A DNA stretch of 64,000 nt, taken from positions 20,607 to 84,606 of the forward strand of contig CAAFLX010000037.1 in NCBI GenBank assembly GCA_900763875.1. The letters run 5' to 3'. A model generated the notes under the pieces. It saw nothing but the letters and a program-made list of their open reading frames with translations, did not search any database and was not told the origin of the DNA. The translations under genes and the position numbers were made by a program. Shown piece by piece: positions 45,135 to 53,969 of the stretch (position 1 is the first letter of the stretch; each line of letters starts with the position of its first letter). This DNA comes from Clostridia bacterium (GTDB lineage: Bacteria; Bacillota; Clostridia; Christensenellales; CAG-917).

Positions 45135-45538
45135 CAACCGCGCTAAATCGTGTGGATAAACGAACACTTATTCGGAGCATTCTTATACACGGTATGTGCC
45201 AGTTTGGAAACGGAACACGAGCCGCAACGGCGGCGAGAAAAGCGAACGCCGAGCTTGACGGATAGTACAAGCGACTGCGCCATTCTGTTGCGAAGCCGGC
45301 GCACAAAGCGCAGTGGCATAACAAGGGAACGATACTTATCTATGCGAGTGCTGAGTGTGTCCCCACGCGGAGCGGACGCCGTGGGTTCCCTTTTAAGGGG
45401 GAACGGCGGTAGGGGAAACACGTGAGGAAGGGGGAAATTGCATTTAGAGTACGTGCCTTTTGTAGTGCTTGTGAGATTTTGACAAACAAAATGCTAAATC
45501 GACACAAGCAGACATCTATATACGGTGTCTGTTTTTTA
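45135..45538 (+). ncRNA. candidate structured non-coding RNA or relic element, unclassified
   Basis: No credible ORF. Two hand-counted 60-nt lines have 36/60 and 40/60 G+C, against 15/60 in an ordinary spacer. Many local helices. Ends in its own terminator just before minD. Strand assignment rests only on that terminator. Confidence 0.3.
45508..45538 (+). terminator. rho-independent terminator immediately upstream of minD
   Basis: CAGACATC 45509-45516 / GGTGTCTG 45524-45531 (one G-U pair), loop TATATAC, then TTTTTT. Confidence 0.7.
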
Positions 45539-45548
45539 TTATGTGAAT

Positions 45549-46298
45549 ATGAGAAAAATCGTGGTTACTTCGGGCAAGGGCGGTGTGGGCAAGACCACCG
45601 TCACGGCAACGCTTGGGCGCAAACTTGCGCTTGTAGGCTACAAGGTTGTGCTTGTTGACGGCGACGTCGGGCTTAACAATCTTGACGTTGTGACAGGCAT
45701 TGAAAGGCGAGTCGTATACGATATAAGCGATGTTTTGCAAGGACGATGTCGAGCGTTTCAGGCACTTGTCGGCGATGCGGAAAGTCCGATGAAAATTTTG
45801 CCGTCGTCAAGGGATTGTGCGCAAATCACGGCGCAGGCGTTTCGCAATATCGTGGACGGGCTTTGCGAGTTTGATTTTGTCATTGTTGATTGCCCTGCCG
45901 GCATAGAACACGGTTTTCATAGAGCGGTTTCGGCATGCGATGAGGCAATCGTTGTCACAACGCCGTCCGCATCGGCAATAAGGGACGCGGACAAGGTGAT
46001 AAGCCTGCTTGCAAGCTATCGGCTCAAAGACGTTTCGCTTGTCGTCAACAGGGTGCGCGCGGATATGATTGCAAGGGGCGAAATGCTGTCGGCAAGCGAG
46101 ATAAGCTCTCTGTTGCACCTTGTGCCGATCGGGGTGATACCCGACGACGATATGATAACGCTTTATCAGCAACTGGGCACGATACCCGAACACGCAATTT
46201 CAAACAGAGCATACGATTATCTTGCCAAAAACGTGGCGCAAAACAGCAAAATTTTTGTGGACGTAACGCCCAAAAGGCGGTTTTGGAGGTTCAGATGA
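45549..46298 (+). CDS. minD: septum site-determining ATPase MinD
   Basis: VVTSGKGGVGKTT deviant Walker A; DCPAG; collinear with MinD. Confidence 0.9.
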   Translation: MRKIVVTSGKGGVGKTTVTATLGRKLALVGYKVVLVDGDVGLNNLDVVTGIERRVVYDISDVLQGRCRAFQALVGDAESPMKILPSSRDCAQITAQAFRNIVDGLCEFDFVIVDCPAGIEHGFHRAVSACDEAIVVTTPSASAIRDADKVISLLASYRLKDVSLVVNRVRADMIARGEMLSASEISSLLHLVPIGVIPDDDMITLYQQLGTIPEHAISNRAYDYLAKNVAQNSKIFVDVTPKRRFWRFR

Positions 46299-46546
46299 AA
46301 GTGTCAAAAGACATCGCAAATCGCATGAGAGAAATGCTCACAAAAGACAAAATCGGCATAAAAGAGGGGTTTTCAACCGCGCTTGAAAACGATGTAAACA
46401 ACGTGCTTTGCGATTATTTTGCACTCGATTCAAGGGCGAAAATCACCGTCGAACAACAAGAAAACGGCGCGTATTTTTTGAGAATCGAGGCAAGCGCAAC
46501 GCGCATAAAGCAGTTTCAAACCACACTCGATATTCCGAGATTTTGA
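46295..46546 (+). CDS. minE: cell division topological specificity factor MinE
   Basis: GGAGG before ATG 46295, ATGA overlap with minD. SKDIA..R....L N-terminal motif, size 83 aa. Confidence 0.75.
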   Translation: MKVSKDIANRMREMLTKDKIGIKEGFSTALENDVNNVLCDYFALDSRAKITVEQQENGAYFLRIEASATRIKQFQTTLDIPRF

Positions 46547-46610
46547 GCTTGCAAACATTCGGGTTATATTTTGCCTCGCTCTCGAATAGAGTATATGCGA
46601 GGTGGCAAAT

Positions 46611-46850
46611 ATGGAATTTGATGAAAGCAAAAAACTTGACGTTGAAATCTCTCAAAACGACTTTGTCGAAAACCGCGTGGACAAAAAACGCAAGCTCAAA
46701 AATGGCGTTTTGGACGCTTTGGACGTTGCGATTATACCCGTTGCAATCGGCGTTTTCGTGTCGCTCGGCTTTTTGTTTGCAAACATTTTTAGGGCAACTT
46801 CAATCGTTGAAACCCTGTCCAAAATATCAAGCATAATTCCGTCAGTTTGA
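46611..46850 (+). CDS. small single-pass membrane protein (79 aa), at the position of spoIVFA
   Basis: GAGGTGG then ATG 46611. One TM helix (AIIPVAIGVFVSLGFLFANIF). No LytM domain. Confidence 0.55.
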   Translation: MEFDESKKLDVEISQNDFVENRVDKKRKLKNGVLDALDVAIIPVAIGVFVSLGFLFANIFRATSIVETLSKISSIIPSV

Positions 46851-46871
46851 CAAAAAGAGGGGTTTATCCTT

Positions 46872-47690
46872 ATGAAAATCAAGGTTAATCCTCTCTTTTT
46901 TGCGCTTGCGCTTGCTTTGGTGGCATTCGGACACGCGCTTGATTTCGTGTGGACGATGCTTGCGCTCATCTTGCACGAGAGCGCGCACGCACTCATGGCA
47001 AGAACAAGAGGATACGTCGTCAAAAAAGTGGTGCTTTTGCCGTATGGGGCAATGATGAGTGCGGGTGAAAACTTTGACAAAACCTCAAGCATACTCATAG
47101 GTCTTGCAGGCCCTTTGGCAAATCTTTTGCTTGCGCTCGTCACCCTCGGTGTTTGGTGGCTCTTTCCCTCTGTTTATCCTTTCACGCATTCGTTTTTGTA
47201 TGCGAATTTGTCACTTGCTTTTTTCAACTTGCTCCCCGTCTATCCTCTTGACGGCTCGCGGGTGGTGCTGGGCTTTTGCAAAAACAAACTTAAAGCAATC
47301 AAGGGTATGCAAATTGCGGGCGTGGTTTGTTCGTTCGCTTTTTTGGGATTGTTTATAGGCTCGATTTTTTTCGGACTTAATTTCACTTTTGGCATCATTG
47401 CAGTATTTCTTTTTTATGGCGCGACTTTTGCAAGCAAGGACGAAACCTATTCGAGCGTGCTTGACGTGTCTTGCAAAAACTATGACCTCGGCGTTGAATT
47501 AAAGCGTGTGGAAATCTCCAAAAACACGCCGATTTTGCGCCTTTTTCACCACGTCGGACGGCTGTCCAAAACTACTTTTGACATCGTTGAGGACGGCAAA
47601 GTGTTGCGCACTCTCACCGAAGACGACTTGAAATCGCTCGCCGTCAAAAACAAACTGACAAAACCTGTCGGCGACGTCCTGCAGCAATAG
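46872..47690 (+). CDS. M50 site-2 protease, SpoIVFB-like, with C-terminal CBS-like domain
   Basis: HESAH (HExxH) and NLLPVYPLDG motifs. Position downstream of minD matches the B. subtilis min-spoIVF arrangement. Confidence 0.8.
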   Translation: MKIKVNPLFFALALALVAFGHALDFVWTMLALILHESAHALMARTRGYVVKKVVLLPYGAMMSAGENFDKTSSILIGLAGPLANLLLALVTLGVWWLFPSVYPFTHSFLYANLSLAFFNLLPVYPLDGSRVVLGFCKNKLKAIKGMQIAGVVCSFAFLGLFIGSIFFGLNFTFGIIAVFLFYGATFASKDETYSSVLDVSCKNYDLGVELKRVEISKNTPILRLFHHVGRLSKTTFDIVEDGKVLRTLTEDDLKSLAVKNKLTKPVGDVLQQ

Positions 47691-47729
47691 CGGAGCAACC
47701 TTGCAAGGCAATTCGTGTGACACATATTC

Positions 47730-47758
47730 TTGACTTTTGGCGTTGCTTATAATAAAAT
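47730..47758 (+). promoter_or_regulatory. putative glcK promoter
   Basis: TTGACT 47730-47735, 17-nt spacer, TAAAAT 47753-47758. Confidence 0.5.
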
Positions 47759-47788
47759 TATATCAACAACTGTTTAGAGGGTTTTTTT

Positions 47789-48724
47789 ATGAAATACGTT
47801 GGCATAGACATCGGCGGTATGAGCATAAAAGGCGGTATCGTGGACGAAAAGGGCATCATTCTTTCAAGAAAAGTTATCGTCACTTCCCCGGGCAAAGAGG
47901 ATTTTCTCATTGTTTCGGATATTGCGGCTCTCATCGAGGATTTGGTCAAGGATTGCAAGGACGAAATCGTGGGCGTGGGCATAGGTTGCCCCGGCTCGAT
48001 TTATGACGAAAAGGGCATTGTGCGCTACTCTTGCAACATCAATTTCCGCAACACGCCCATGGCAAAAATGATTGCGGAAAAAACGCAAATTTCCAACGTG
48101 AAACTCTCAAACGACGCAAACTGCGCGGCTCTTGGCGAAACCATGTTCGGAGCAGGCAACGGCGCAAAAAACTCGGTTATGGTGACTCTCGGCACGGGAG
48201 TTGGCACGGGCATCATATGCGACGGCAGGCTTGTCACGGGCAATCGCTCGGCAGGAGCGGAGGGCGGACACATTCAAATCAACCTCGGCGGAGCAACTTG
48301 CGGCTGTGGCAAAAAGGGTTGTTATGAGGCGTATGCGTCGGCAACTGCGCTTATGAATCAAATTCAAACCGCTTGCGAAAAGCACCCCGAAAGCCTGTTG
48401 GCAAAGCGCGTCGAAGAAGACGGCAACAGCGGAAAAGTGGTGTTTGACTGTGCAAAAGAGGGGGATAAAGTGTCGATTGCGGTGGTGAAACGCTACATCA
48501 AGTATGTTGGAGTCGGGCTTGTCAACTTTGCAAATATCTTTATGCCCGAGGTCATCATCATTGGCGGAGGCATCTCGAATCAGGGCGACAACATCATCAA
48601 ACCTTTGCAAAGATACGTGTCGAGAAACAAGTACGGAGCAGACTATACGCCCAAGGTAAAGGTGGTTGCGGCAACCCTCAAAAACGACGCAGGCATCATC
48701 GGCGCGGCGGCACTTTGTATGTGA
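47789..48724 (+). CDS. glcK: ROK-family glucokinase
   Basis: GIDIGGMSIK N-terminus, LSNDANCAALGE, zinc motif CGCGKKGCYEAYAS. Confidence 0.85.
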   Translation: MKYVGIDIGGMSIKGGIVDEKGIILSRKVIVTSPGKEDFLIVSDIAALIEDLVKDCKDEIVGVGIGCPGSIYDEKGIVRYSCNINFRNTPMAKMIAEKTQISNVKLSNDANCAALGETMFGAGNGAKNSVMVTLGTGVGTGIICDGRLVTGNRSAGAEGGHIQINLGGATCGCGKKGCYEAYASATALMNQIQTACEKHPESLLAKRVEEDGNSGKVVFDCAKEGDKVSIAVVKRYIKYVGVGLVNFANIFMPEVIIIGGGISNQGDNIIKPLQRYVSRNKYGADYTPKVKVVAATLKNDAGIIGAAALCM

Positions 48725-48826
48725 AATACAACCGAAAAACCGATGGAAAACAGCCGAAAAATCAATGCGAAAACGCTGAAAAATCGGCAAAAAACAGCGA
48801 AAAACAATAGGAAAAATATAGAAAAA
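48724..48826. repeat. 10 helically phased A-tracts
   Basis: A3-A6 runs start at 48724, 48735, 48747, 48757, 48770, 48779, 48789, 48800, 48812 and 48822. Spacing is 9-13 nt, mean about 11. Confidence 0.9.
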
Positions 48827-48857
48827 CCGCAATGATTTTGCGGCGAAATCGAGAAAA

Positions 48858-50621
48858 ATGCAAGACTACAAACAACGGTATATGGCTTTGCTCGGCGAAG
48901 TCGAAAAGCCTGCAAGATATGCGGGCGGAGAGTGGAATATCCCCGATATGAACAAAGAGCGCAAAGGGGATATGGTTTTTTGTTTTCCCGAACTTTATGA
49001 AATCGGAATGAGCAACCTCGGCGTTGCAATCCTCTACGACATCGTGAACAAGACGGACGGGTACGTGGCGGAGAGGTGCTATGCTCCTGCGCCCGACTTT
49101 GCAAAAAAGCTCAAAGAAAACGACGTTCCGCTCCTTTCACTCGAAACGAAAAAGCCCCTCAAAGACTTCACCGTGGTGGGCTTTTCGGTTGGGTTTGAAT
49201 TGCTCTACACCAACGTTTTGTATATGCTCGACCTTGCAAAGATTCCGTTTAGGGCAAAGGATAGGGACGATTCCTATCCCATTTTGCTTGCAGGCGGCCC
49301 TTGCTCGGTGAATCCCGAACCTTTTGCGGACTTCTTTGACGTGGTGCTTGTAGGCGAGGGCGAGGACGCGGATATCGCAATCCTCAAAGTCGTTTCAGAG
49401 GGCAAGGCGCAAGGGCTTTCAAAAAGAGAAATACTTGAGAAAATCAAGGGTATGGAAGGGGCGTACGTGCCAAGTTTGCACAAGGAGGGGGAAGTTGTCG
49501 TCAAGGCGGTTGTGCCCGACTTTGAAAATGCGGAATATCCCACGCGTCCTCTCGTGCCCAACATAGAGGCGGTGCACGACAGAGCCACGCTCGAACTGTA
49601 TCGCGGTTGTGCGAGCGGTTGCAGATTTTGTCAGGCGGGATTTTGGTATCGTCCCATAAGAGAGCGCAGTGCAAAAAGATGCGCCGAGATTGCAAAAGAA
49701 ATGGTGGACAGCACGGGATTCAACGAAATCTCGCTTTGCTCGCTGTCTACAAGCGACTATACGGGACTTGAAGAACTCGAAGCGGAGTTGGGAGAGTACT
49801 GCAAACAAAAGCGTATAAATCTTGCTCTGCCCAGTTTGAGAATAAGCAGTTTTAAGCCCGATATGGCAAGCAATTCGAGAAGAAGCTCGCTCACGTTCGC
49901 GCCCGAGGCTGGCACGCAAAGACTGCGCAACGTCATCAACAAGAACGTCACCGAAGAAGAAATCGACAAAATCTCGGTTGCGTTCGAGGCAGGATACGAC
50001 AGCGTAAAACTGTATTTTATGATGGGACTTCCCACCGAAACGGACGAGGATATTGCGGGAATTGCAGAGATCTGCAAACGCCTCAAACAACTCTATTGGC
50101 AAAAACGCTCCAAGAGAGGACTCAATATTTCGGTGAGTTGCGCGGTGTTCATTCCAAAGCCCTGCACGCCTTTTCAATGGGAGGCGCAAATCTCTATGGA
50201 CGAGATGAAACGCAAACAAAACTACTTGCGCGGACTTTTGAAACAGATAAAGGGTGTGACTTTCTCGTGGCACGGCGCGGAAACGTCGGTGCTTGAAGCG
50301 GCTCTTGCAAGAGGAGATAGAAAGCAATCCTACGTCATTGAAAGAGCCTATGAGTTGGGTGCAAAATTCGACGGTTGGAGCGAGCATTTCAAGTGGGACG
50401 TGTGGCAAAAAGCCTTTGCCGATTGCGCTCTCAAAATGGAAGACTATTATGGGGCGATTCCGCTTGATAGAACGCTGCCGTGGGAGTTTATCGACTCGGG
50501 CGTGAGCAAAAAATATTTGCTCAAACAGCGTGAGCTTGCCTACGAGGGCGTGACAACCAAAAACTGCAGAGAGGGTTGCAACGGCTGTGGAGCGAATAGG
50601 CTTGGGAGGTGCACGATATGA
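48858..50621 (+). CDS. B12-binding-domain radical SAM protein (TIGR03960-type)
   Basis: KPARYAGGEWN N-terminus, CASGCRFCQAG radical SAM cluster. Followed by its usual DUF2344 partner. Confidence 0.8.
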   Translation: MQDYKQRYMALLGEVEKPARYAGGEWNIPDMNKERKGDMVFCFPELYEIGMSNLGVAILYDIVNKTDGYVAERCYAPAPDFAKKLKENDVPLLSLETKKPLKDFTVVGFSVGFELLYTNVLYMLDLAKIPFRAKDRDDSYPILLAGGPCSVNPEPFADFFDVVLVGEGEDADIAILKVVSEGKAQGLSKREILEKIKGMEGAYVPSLHKEGEVVVKAVVPDFENAEYPTRPLVPNIEAVHDRATLELYRGCASGCRFCQAGFWYRPIRERSAKRCAEIAKEMVDSTGFNEISLCSLSTSDYTGLEELEAELGEYCKQKRINLALPSLRISSFKPDMASNSRRSSLTFAPEAGTQRLRNVINKNVTEEEIDKISVAFEAGYDSVKLYFMMGLPTETDEDIAGIAEICKRLKQLYWQKRSKRGLNISVSCAVFIPKPCTPFQWEAQISMDEMKRKQNYLRGLLKQIKGVTFSWHGAETSVLEAALARGDRKQSYVIERAYELGAKFDGWSEHFKWDVWQKAFADCALKMEDYYGAIPLDRTLPWEFIDSGVSKKYLLKQRELAYEGVTTKNCREGCNGCGANRLGRCTI

Positions 50622-51247
50622 TTGTTTTGAAATATCAAAAAACGGATAGCGTGTGCTTTATCTCGCATATCGATTTGTTGCGACATATGGACAGAGTGGT
50701 GAGGCGAGGCAAAATCAACATCAACTACTCGCAAGGATTCAATCCGCACTCGCTGATGTACTTTTCGCCGCCGCTTTCGCTTGGCATTTCGTCCAAAGCG
50801 GAGTATTTGACTCTCGACAGTGGCGACGAGGCGCAAGACGTGTTTGAAAAATACAACTCCGCAGTGCCCGATTCGCTGAAAGCTAGCAAGGTTTTTTATT
50901 GCGAGAAAAACCCCAATTTGCAGGCGAAAGTCGTGTGTGCGGACTACGTTTTCAACCTGCCGTATTGCGATATAGAGGTTGGCGACGTCTTTGAAATAAG
51001 CTATGAAAAGAAAGGCGCAACCGTCACCGAAAACGTGGCGAGCAAGATATATGCGTTCTTTGAAAAGGACGGAAAACTTGTCGCGCGCCTTGCCTCGGGA
51101 AGCGTAAACTTGCGCCCCGACAGAATCCTTGACAAGCTCAACGCTATTCTCGGCAAGGATTTGAAACTTTGCGATATAGAAAAAATCGCTCAATACGTGG
51201 ACGTCGAGGGGCAACTCGTTGACGTTGACGACTATTTGCAAAAATAA
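50618..51247 (+). CDS. radical SAM-associated protein (TIGR03936 / DUF2344 type)
   Basis: GGGAGGTG before ATG 50618, ATGA overlap. FISHIDLLRHMDRVVRR signature. Confidence 0.75.
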   Translation: MIVLKYQKTDSVCFISHIDLLRHMDRVVRRGKININYSQGFNPHSLMYFSPPLSLGISSKAEYLTLDSGDEAQDVFEKYNSAVPDSLKASKVFYCEKNPNLQAKVVCADYVFNLPYCDIEVGDVFEISYEKKGATVTENVASKIYAFFEKDGKLVARLASGSVNLRPDRILDKLNAILGKDLKLCDIEKIAQYVDVEGQLVDVDDYLQK

Positions 51248-51332
51248 AACGGACGGCGCATTTTGGGCGTTTCGTTCGTTTTTGCGTTTTTGCGGCTAAA
51301 AAGATAATAATTTTTTTAGGAATATATCAAAA

Positions 51333-52802
51333 ATGAAACAACTCATTCTCGACTACACGCCCTATTGTACGCGCGTGGCTGTGGTCGAAGACGGAAAACT
51401 TTGCGATTTTTCCGTCGAACGCGCAAATTATAGAGGCATTGTCGGCAATATCTACAAGGGCAAGGTGGAAAACGTCCTTGGCGGTATGCAGGCGGCTTTT
51501 GTCAACATCGGCAGAGAACGCAACGGATTTTTGTACACGGGCGATTCGCTTGTGGACAGCAGAGGTCTTGAAAAGGGTATGCCCGGTGGCAAAGCGTTCA
51601 ATATCTCGGCAGGCGACGTCATTATGTGCCAAGTGGTCAAAGAGCCGTTCGGACAAAAGGGCGCGCGCCTCACAACAGACGTGACTATCCCCGGCTACTA
51701 TCTCGTGTTGCTGCCCTTGTCCACGTTTGTGGGTACGTCAAGAAAAATCGAGGACGGCAAAAGACGGGCGTATTTGGAAGAATACGTGTCGTCGATTTGC
51801 CCAGACGGTATGGGGTTTATCATTCGCACGGCGGCAGGCAAGGCAAGCGACGAGGACTTGTCAAACGAGATGCGCTCCCTCGTCGAGAGGTGGGGACAAA
51901 TCCGCAAAGATTACGCCTCGGCAAAGGAATCGTCGCTCGTGTTCGAGGAGACGAGCCTGTTTGAAAGGGCGATACGCGAAACGCTTTGCGAGGACGTTGA
52001 CGAAGTGGTTGTCAACGACCAAGAGATTGCAAAAATCCTTGCAAACAACGTCGGAAAGCCCGTGTCTTTTTTCGAGAGCGAGCGCAATATTATGAAGCAC
52101 TACGGCGTGACGGCGCAAATCAACCATTTGTGCGACAGAAAAGTGTGGATGCAAAACGGCGCGTATCTTGTCATCGACAAGACCGAGGCTTTGACCGTCA
52201 TTGACGTGAATACGGGCAAATTTGTCGGGACGAGCCACCTCGAAGACACCGTGTATAAGACCAATCTGGCGGCGGCGGAATGTATTGCCTCGCAACTTAG
52301 GCTCAGAAACATCAGCGGCATCGTCATCATCGACTTCATCGATATGGCTCTGGAAGAGCATCGCCAAAGCGTGCTTGAAACGCTCAAAGAGGCTCTGAAA
52401 AGAGATAGGCTCAAAACTTCTGCCGTCGGATTTACCGCGCTTGGACTTGTCGAACTGACTCGCAAAAAAACAAGACTTCCTCTTGACGAATTTATGCTGC
52501 AACACTGCAACGACTGCTCGGGCGGCTTTGTCATAAGCGACGCGCAACTTGCCTTTATGCTGCGCGACGACCTTGTGGATTTCATCATCGAGCATAAGTG
52601 CGACACTGTGTACGTGGGCGCGCATACGGGCGTGTTCGATATGGTGTTTGAGTCGGGCATTATGAATCGTCAGCTCGAAGGAGCGTGGAAAAATAAGCAA
52701 ATCTACTTCTATGCAGACGACTCCATACCCCGTGAAAAGTGGAATATATCCAAAGAAAAACCCACAGAATTCAGAAGTTACGTGCGCGTGCTTGCAAAAT
52801 AA
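51333..52802 (+). CDS. Rne/Rng-family ribonuclease (RNase G-like)
   Basis: S1 domain GNIYKGKVENVLGGMQAAFVNIG, VIDVNTGKF and IIIDFIDM catalytic motifs. Confidence 0.85.
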   Translation: MKQLILDYTPYCTRVAVVEDGKLCDFSVERANYRGIVGNIYKGKVENVLGGMQAAFVNIGRERNGFLYTGDSLVDSRGLEKGMPGGKAFNISAGDVIMCQVVKEPFGQKGARLTTDVTIPGYYLVLLPLSTFVGTSRKIEDGKRRAYLEEYVSSICPDGMGFIIRTAAGKASDEDLSNEMRSLVERWGQIRKDYASAKESSLVFEETSLFERAIRETLCEDVDEVVVNDQEIAKILANNVGKPVSFFESERNIMKHYGVTAQINHLCDRKVWMQNGAYLVIDKTEALTVIDVNTGKFVGTSHLEDTVYKTNLAAAECIASQLRLRNISGIVIIDFIDMALEEHRQSVLETLKEALKRDRLKTSAVGFTALGLVELTRKKTRLPLDEFMLQHCNDCSGGFVISDAQLAFMLRDDLVDFIIEHKCDTVYVGAHTGVFDMVFESGIMNRQLEGAWKNKQIYFYADDSIPREKWNISKEKPTEFRSYVRVLAK

Positions 52803-52884
52803 TCGAAGATAAGAAATATCAGGATAAGAAATATCTTCAAAATTGCGTCATCCGCGCCAAAGGAGTTATATCCCTCGCTTGCCT

Positions 52885-52912
52885 TGCAATTATTTTTGCA
52901 ACGTGCTATAAT
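52885..52912 (+). promoter_or_regulatory. putative promoter
   Basis: TTGCAA 52885-52890, 16-nt spacer, TGcTATAAT (-10 at 52907-52912). Confidence 0.55.
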
Positions 52913-52922
52913 ATGTGTAATT

Positions 52923-53900
52923 ATGAAACAATGGCGAATTAATATGGACGACGGCGCGACTCTTTTTGAGAGCGTGAGCGTCAGAGAAGATGGACAAGTC
53001 AAACTCAAATTGTCCAAAGTGGCAGTGTCCTCGCAGGATATGGCGAATTCTGCGTCCCTTGCAAAAGATAAGGCGGTGACTCCCGGCCATTCGGCGGTTG
53101 CATACGTGTCGGAGGCGGACGAGGACAGCGGTCTTAAACTCGGCGCGCGCGTTGTGGTAAGCCCCTATGTAAAGGCGCAAGATCACGGCGTCGATATCGT
53201 CAAAACAATGGGCGTTGACGTGGACGGATTGTTGCGCGATTTCGTGTGCGTTCCGCTTGAAAACGTTTTCGTTCTTCCCGACGGTATTAGCGACGAGGAG
53301 GCTTTGTTTGCAGAGTACATCGCAATGGGCGACAACGTGTTTGAGGCTCTCGAACTCGAAAAGGGCGATTATATCGTGGTGCTCGGCGCAAGTACTCTCG
53401 GTCTTACGATTGCGCAAATGGCAAACTACTATCAGTTTGTGCCGATTCTCATCGACCTCGATTCCGAAAAACTGGCTCTTGCGCAAAAGTGGGGCGTGAG
53501 TTATACGCTCAATCCCACCTACGACAATTTGGAGCGCAGAGTTGAGGAAATCACGGGCGGACGTATGAGTGAATCGGCGATTTTTGCAGGCGAAAGCGTG
53601 GATATAAACTCGGCAATTCGACTCGTCAAAAACGAGGGCGACGTGATTATCGCAGGATACGCAACTCGCGCAAAACACGCCATCGACGCATACCCCATTT
53701 TGAAAAAACAACTCAAAGTCAAGGGCGTGTCAAACGGCGACGGCTGTATGCCCTCGGCAATCAACCTGCTTGCAAACAAGGTTGTCAAAACGGACGGGAT
53801 TATCGGCGCGGCGGCAAGTTTCGAGGAAGTGCCGCAAGTTGTCGAAAACTGTGTGAAATATCCCTATCAATACGGAAAAATCGTCGTGAATATCGACTGA
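52923..53900 (+). CDS. medium-chain dehydrogenase/reductase (zinc-ADH fold) family protein
   Basis: PGHSAV, Rossmann VVLGASTLGL. Start is ambiguous: ATG 52923 lies 11 nt past the -10, and ATG 52944 is the alternative; neither has an SD. Usual catalytic-zinc Cys/His ligands are not obvious. Confidence 0.65.
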   Translation: MKQWRINMDDGATLFESVSVREDGQVKLKLSKVAVSSQDMANSASLAKDKAVTPGHSAVAYVSEADEDSGLKLGARVVVSPYVKAQDHGVDIVKTMGVDVDGLLRDFVCVPLENVFVLPDGISDEEALFAEYIAMGDNVFEALELEKGDYIVVLGASTLGLTIAQMANYYQFVPILIDLDSEKLALAQKWGVSYTLNPTYDNLERRVEEITGGRMSESAIFAGESVDINSAIRLVKNEGDVIIAGYATRAKHAIDAYPILKKQLKVKGVSNGDGCMPSAINLLANKVVKTDGIIGAAASFEEVPQVVENCVKYPYQYGKIVVNID

Positions 53901-53917
53901 TAATGAAAAAATACAAG

Positions 53918-53944
53918 GCGAAGGGCAGCACTCTTCGCTTTTTT
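53918..53944 (+). terminator. rho-independent terminator
   Basis: GCGAAG 53918-53923 / CTTCGC 53933-53938, then TTTTTT. Confidence 0.6.
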
Positions 53945-53969
53945 GCGCCTTATGGGCGTTTGAGAGATT

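Noticed and set aside
45135-45508. Identification of the island as a known RNA (RNase P, tmRNA, SRP RNA, cobalamin/FMN/TPP/c-di-AMP riboswitch, T-box, group II intron).
   Set aside because: The diagnostic strings I looked for are absent on both strands: GAGGAAAGTCC and ACAGAA..GGCTTA; the tmRNA tRNA-like end; GGTCCGGAAGGAAGCAGC; the B12 box; GGTGAAATTCC before ACCGGCGGTA; ACCTGA..GCGTAGGGA; the T-box sequence; a domain V AGC hairpin. Partial resemblances (GGTAGGGGAA, GTGCTGAG) are in the wrong order or spacing. Only a covariance-model scan can settle this.
45135-45548. The island as a decayed minC/mreD pseudogene.
   Set aside because: Hand translation of the three plus frames shows no MinC-like C-terminal repeat (G.VNPGAEV..GNI) or membrane-protein remnants. 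I cannot exclude heavy decay without a TBLASTX search, so this is kept as an alternative in the finding.
45109-45658. ORFs 45150..45425(+), 45422..45658(+), 45109..45324(-) and 45143..45421(-) as small proteins.
   Set aside because: Mutually overlapping frames on both strands with Arg/Gly/Ser-rich products and no SD. This is best explained by the scarcity of stop codons in a GC-rich non-coding segment.
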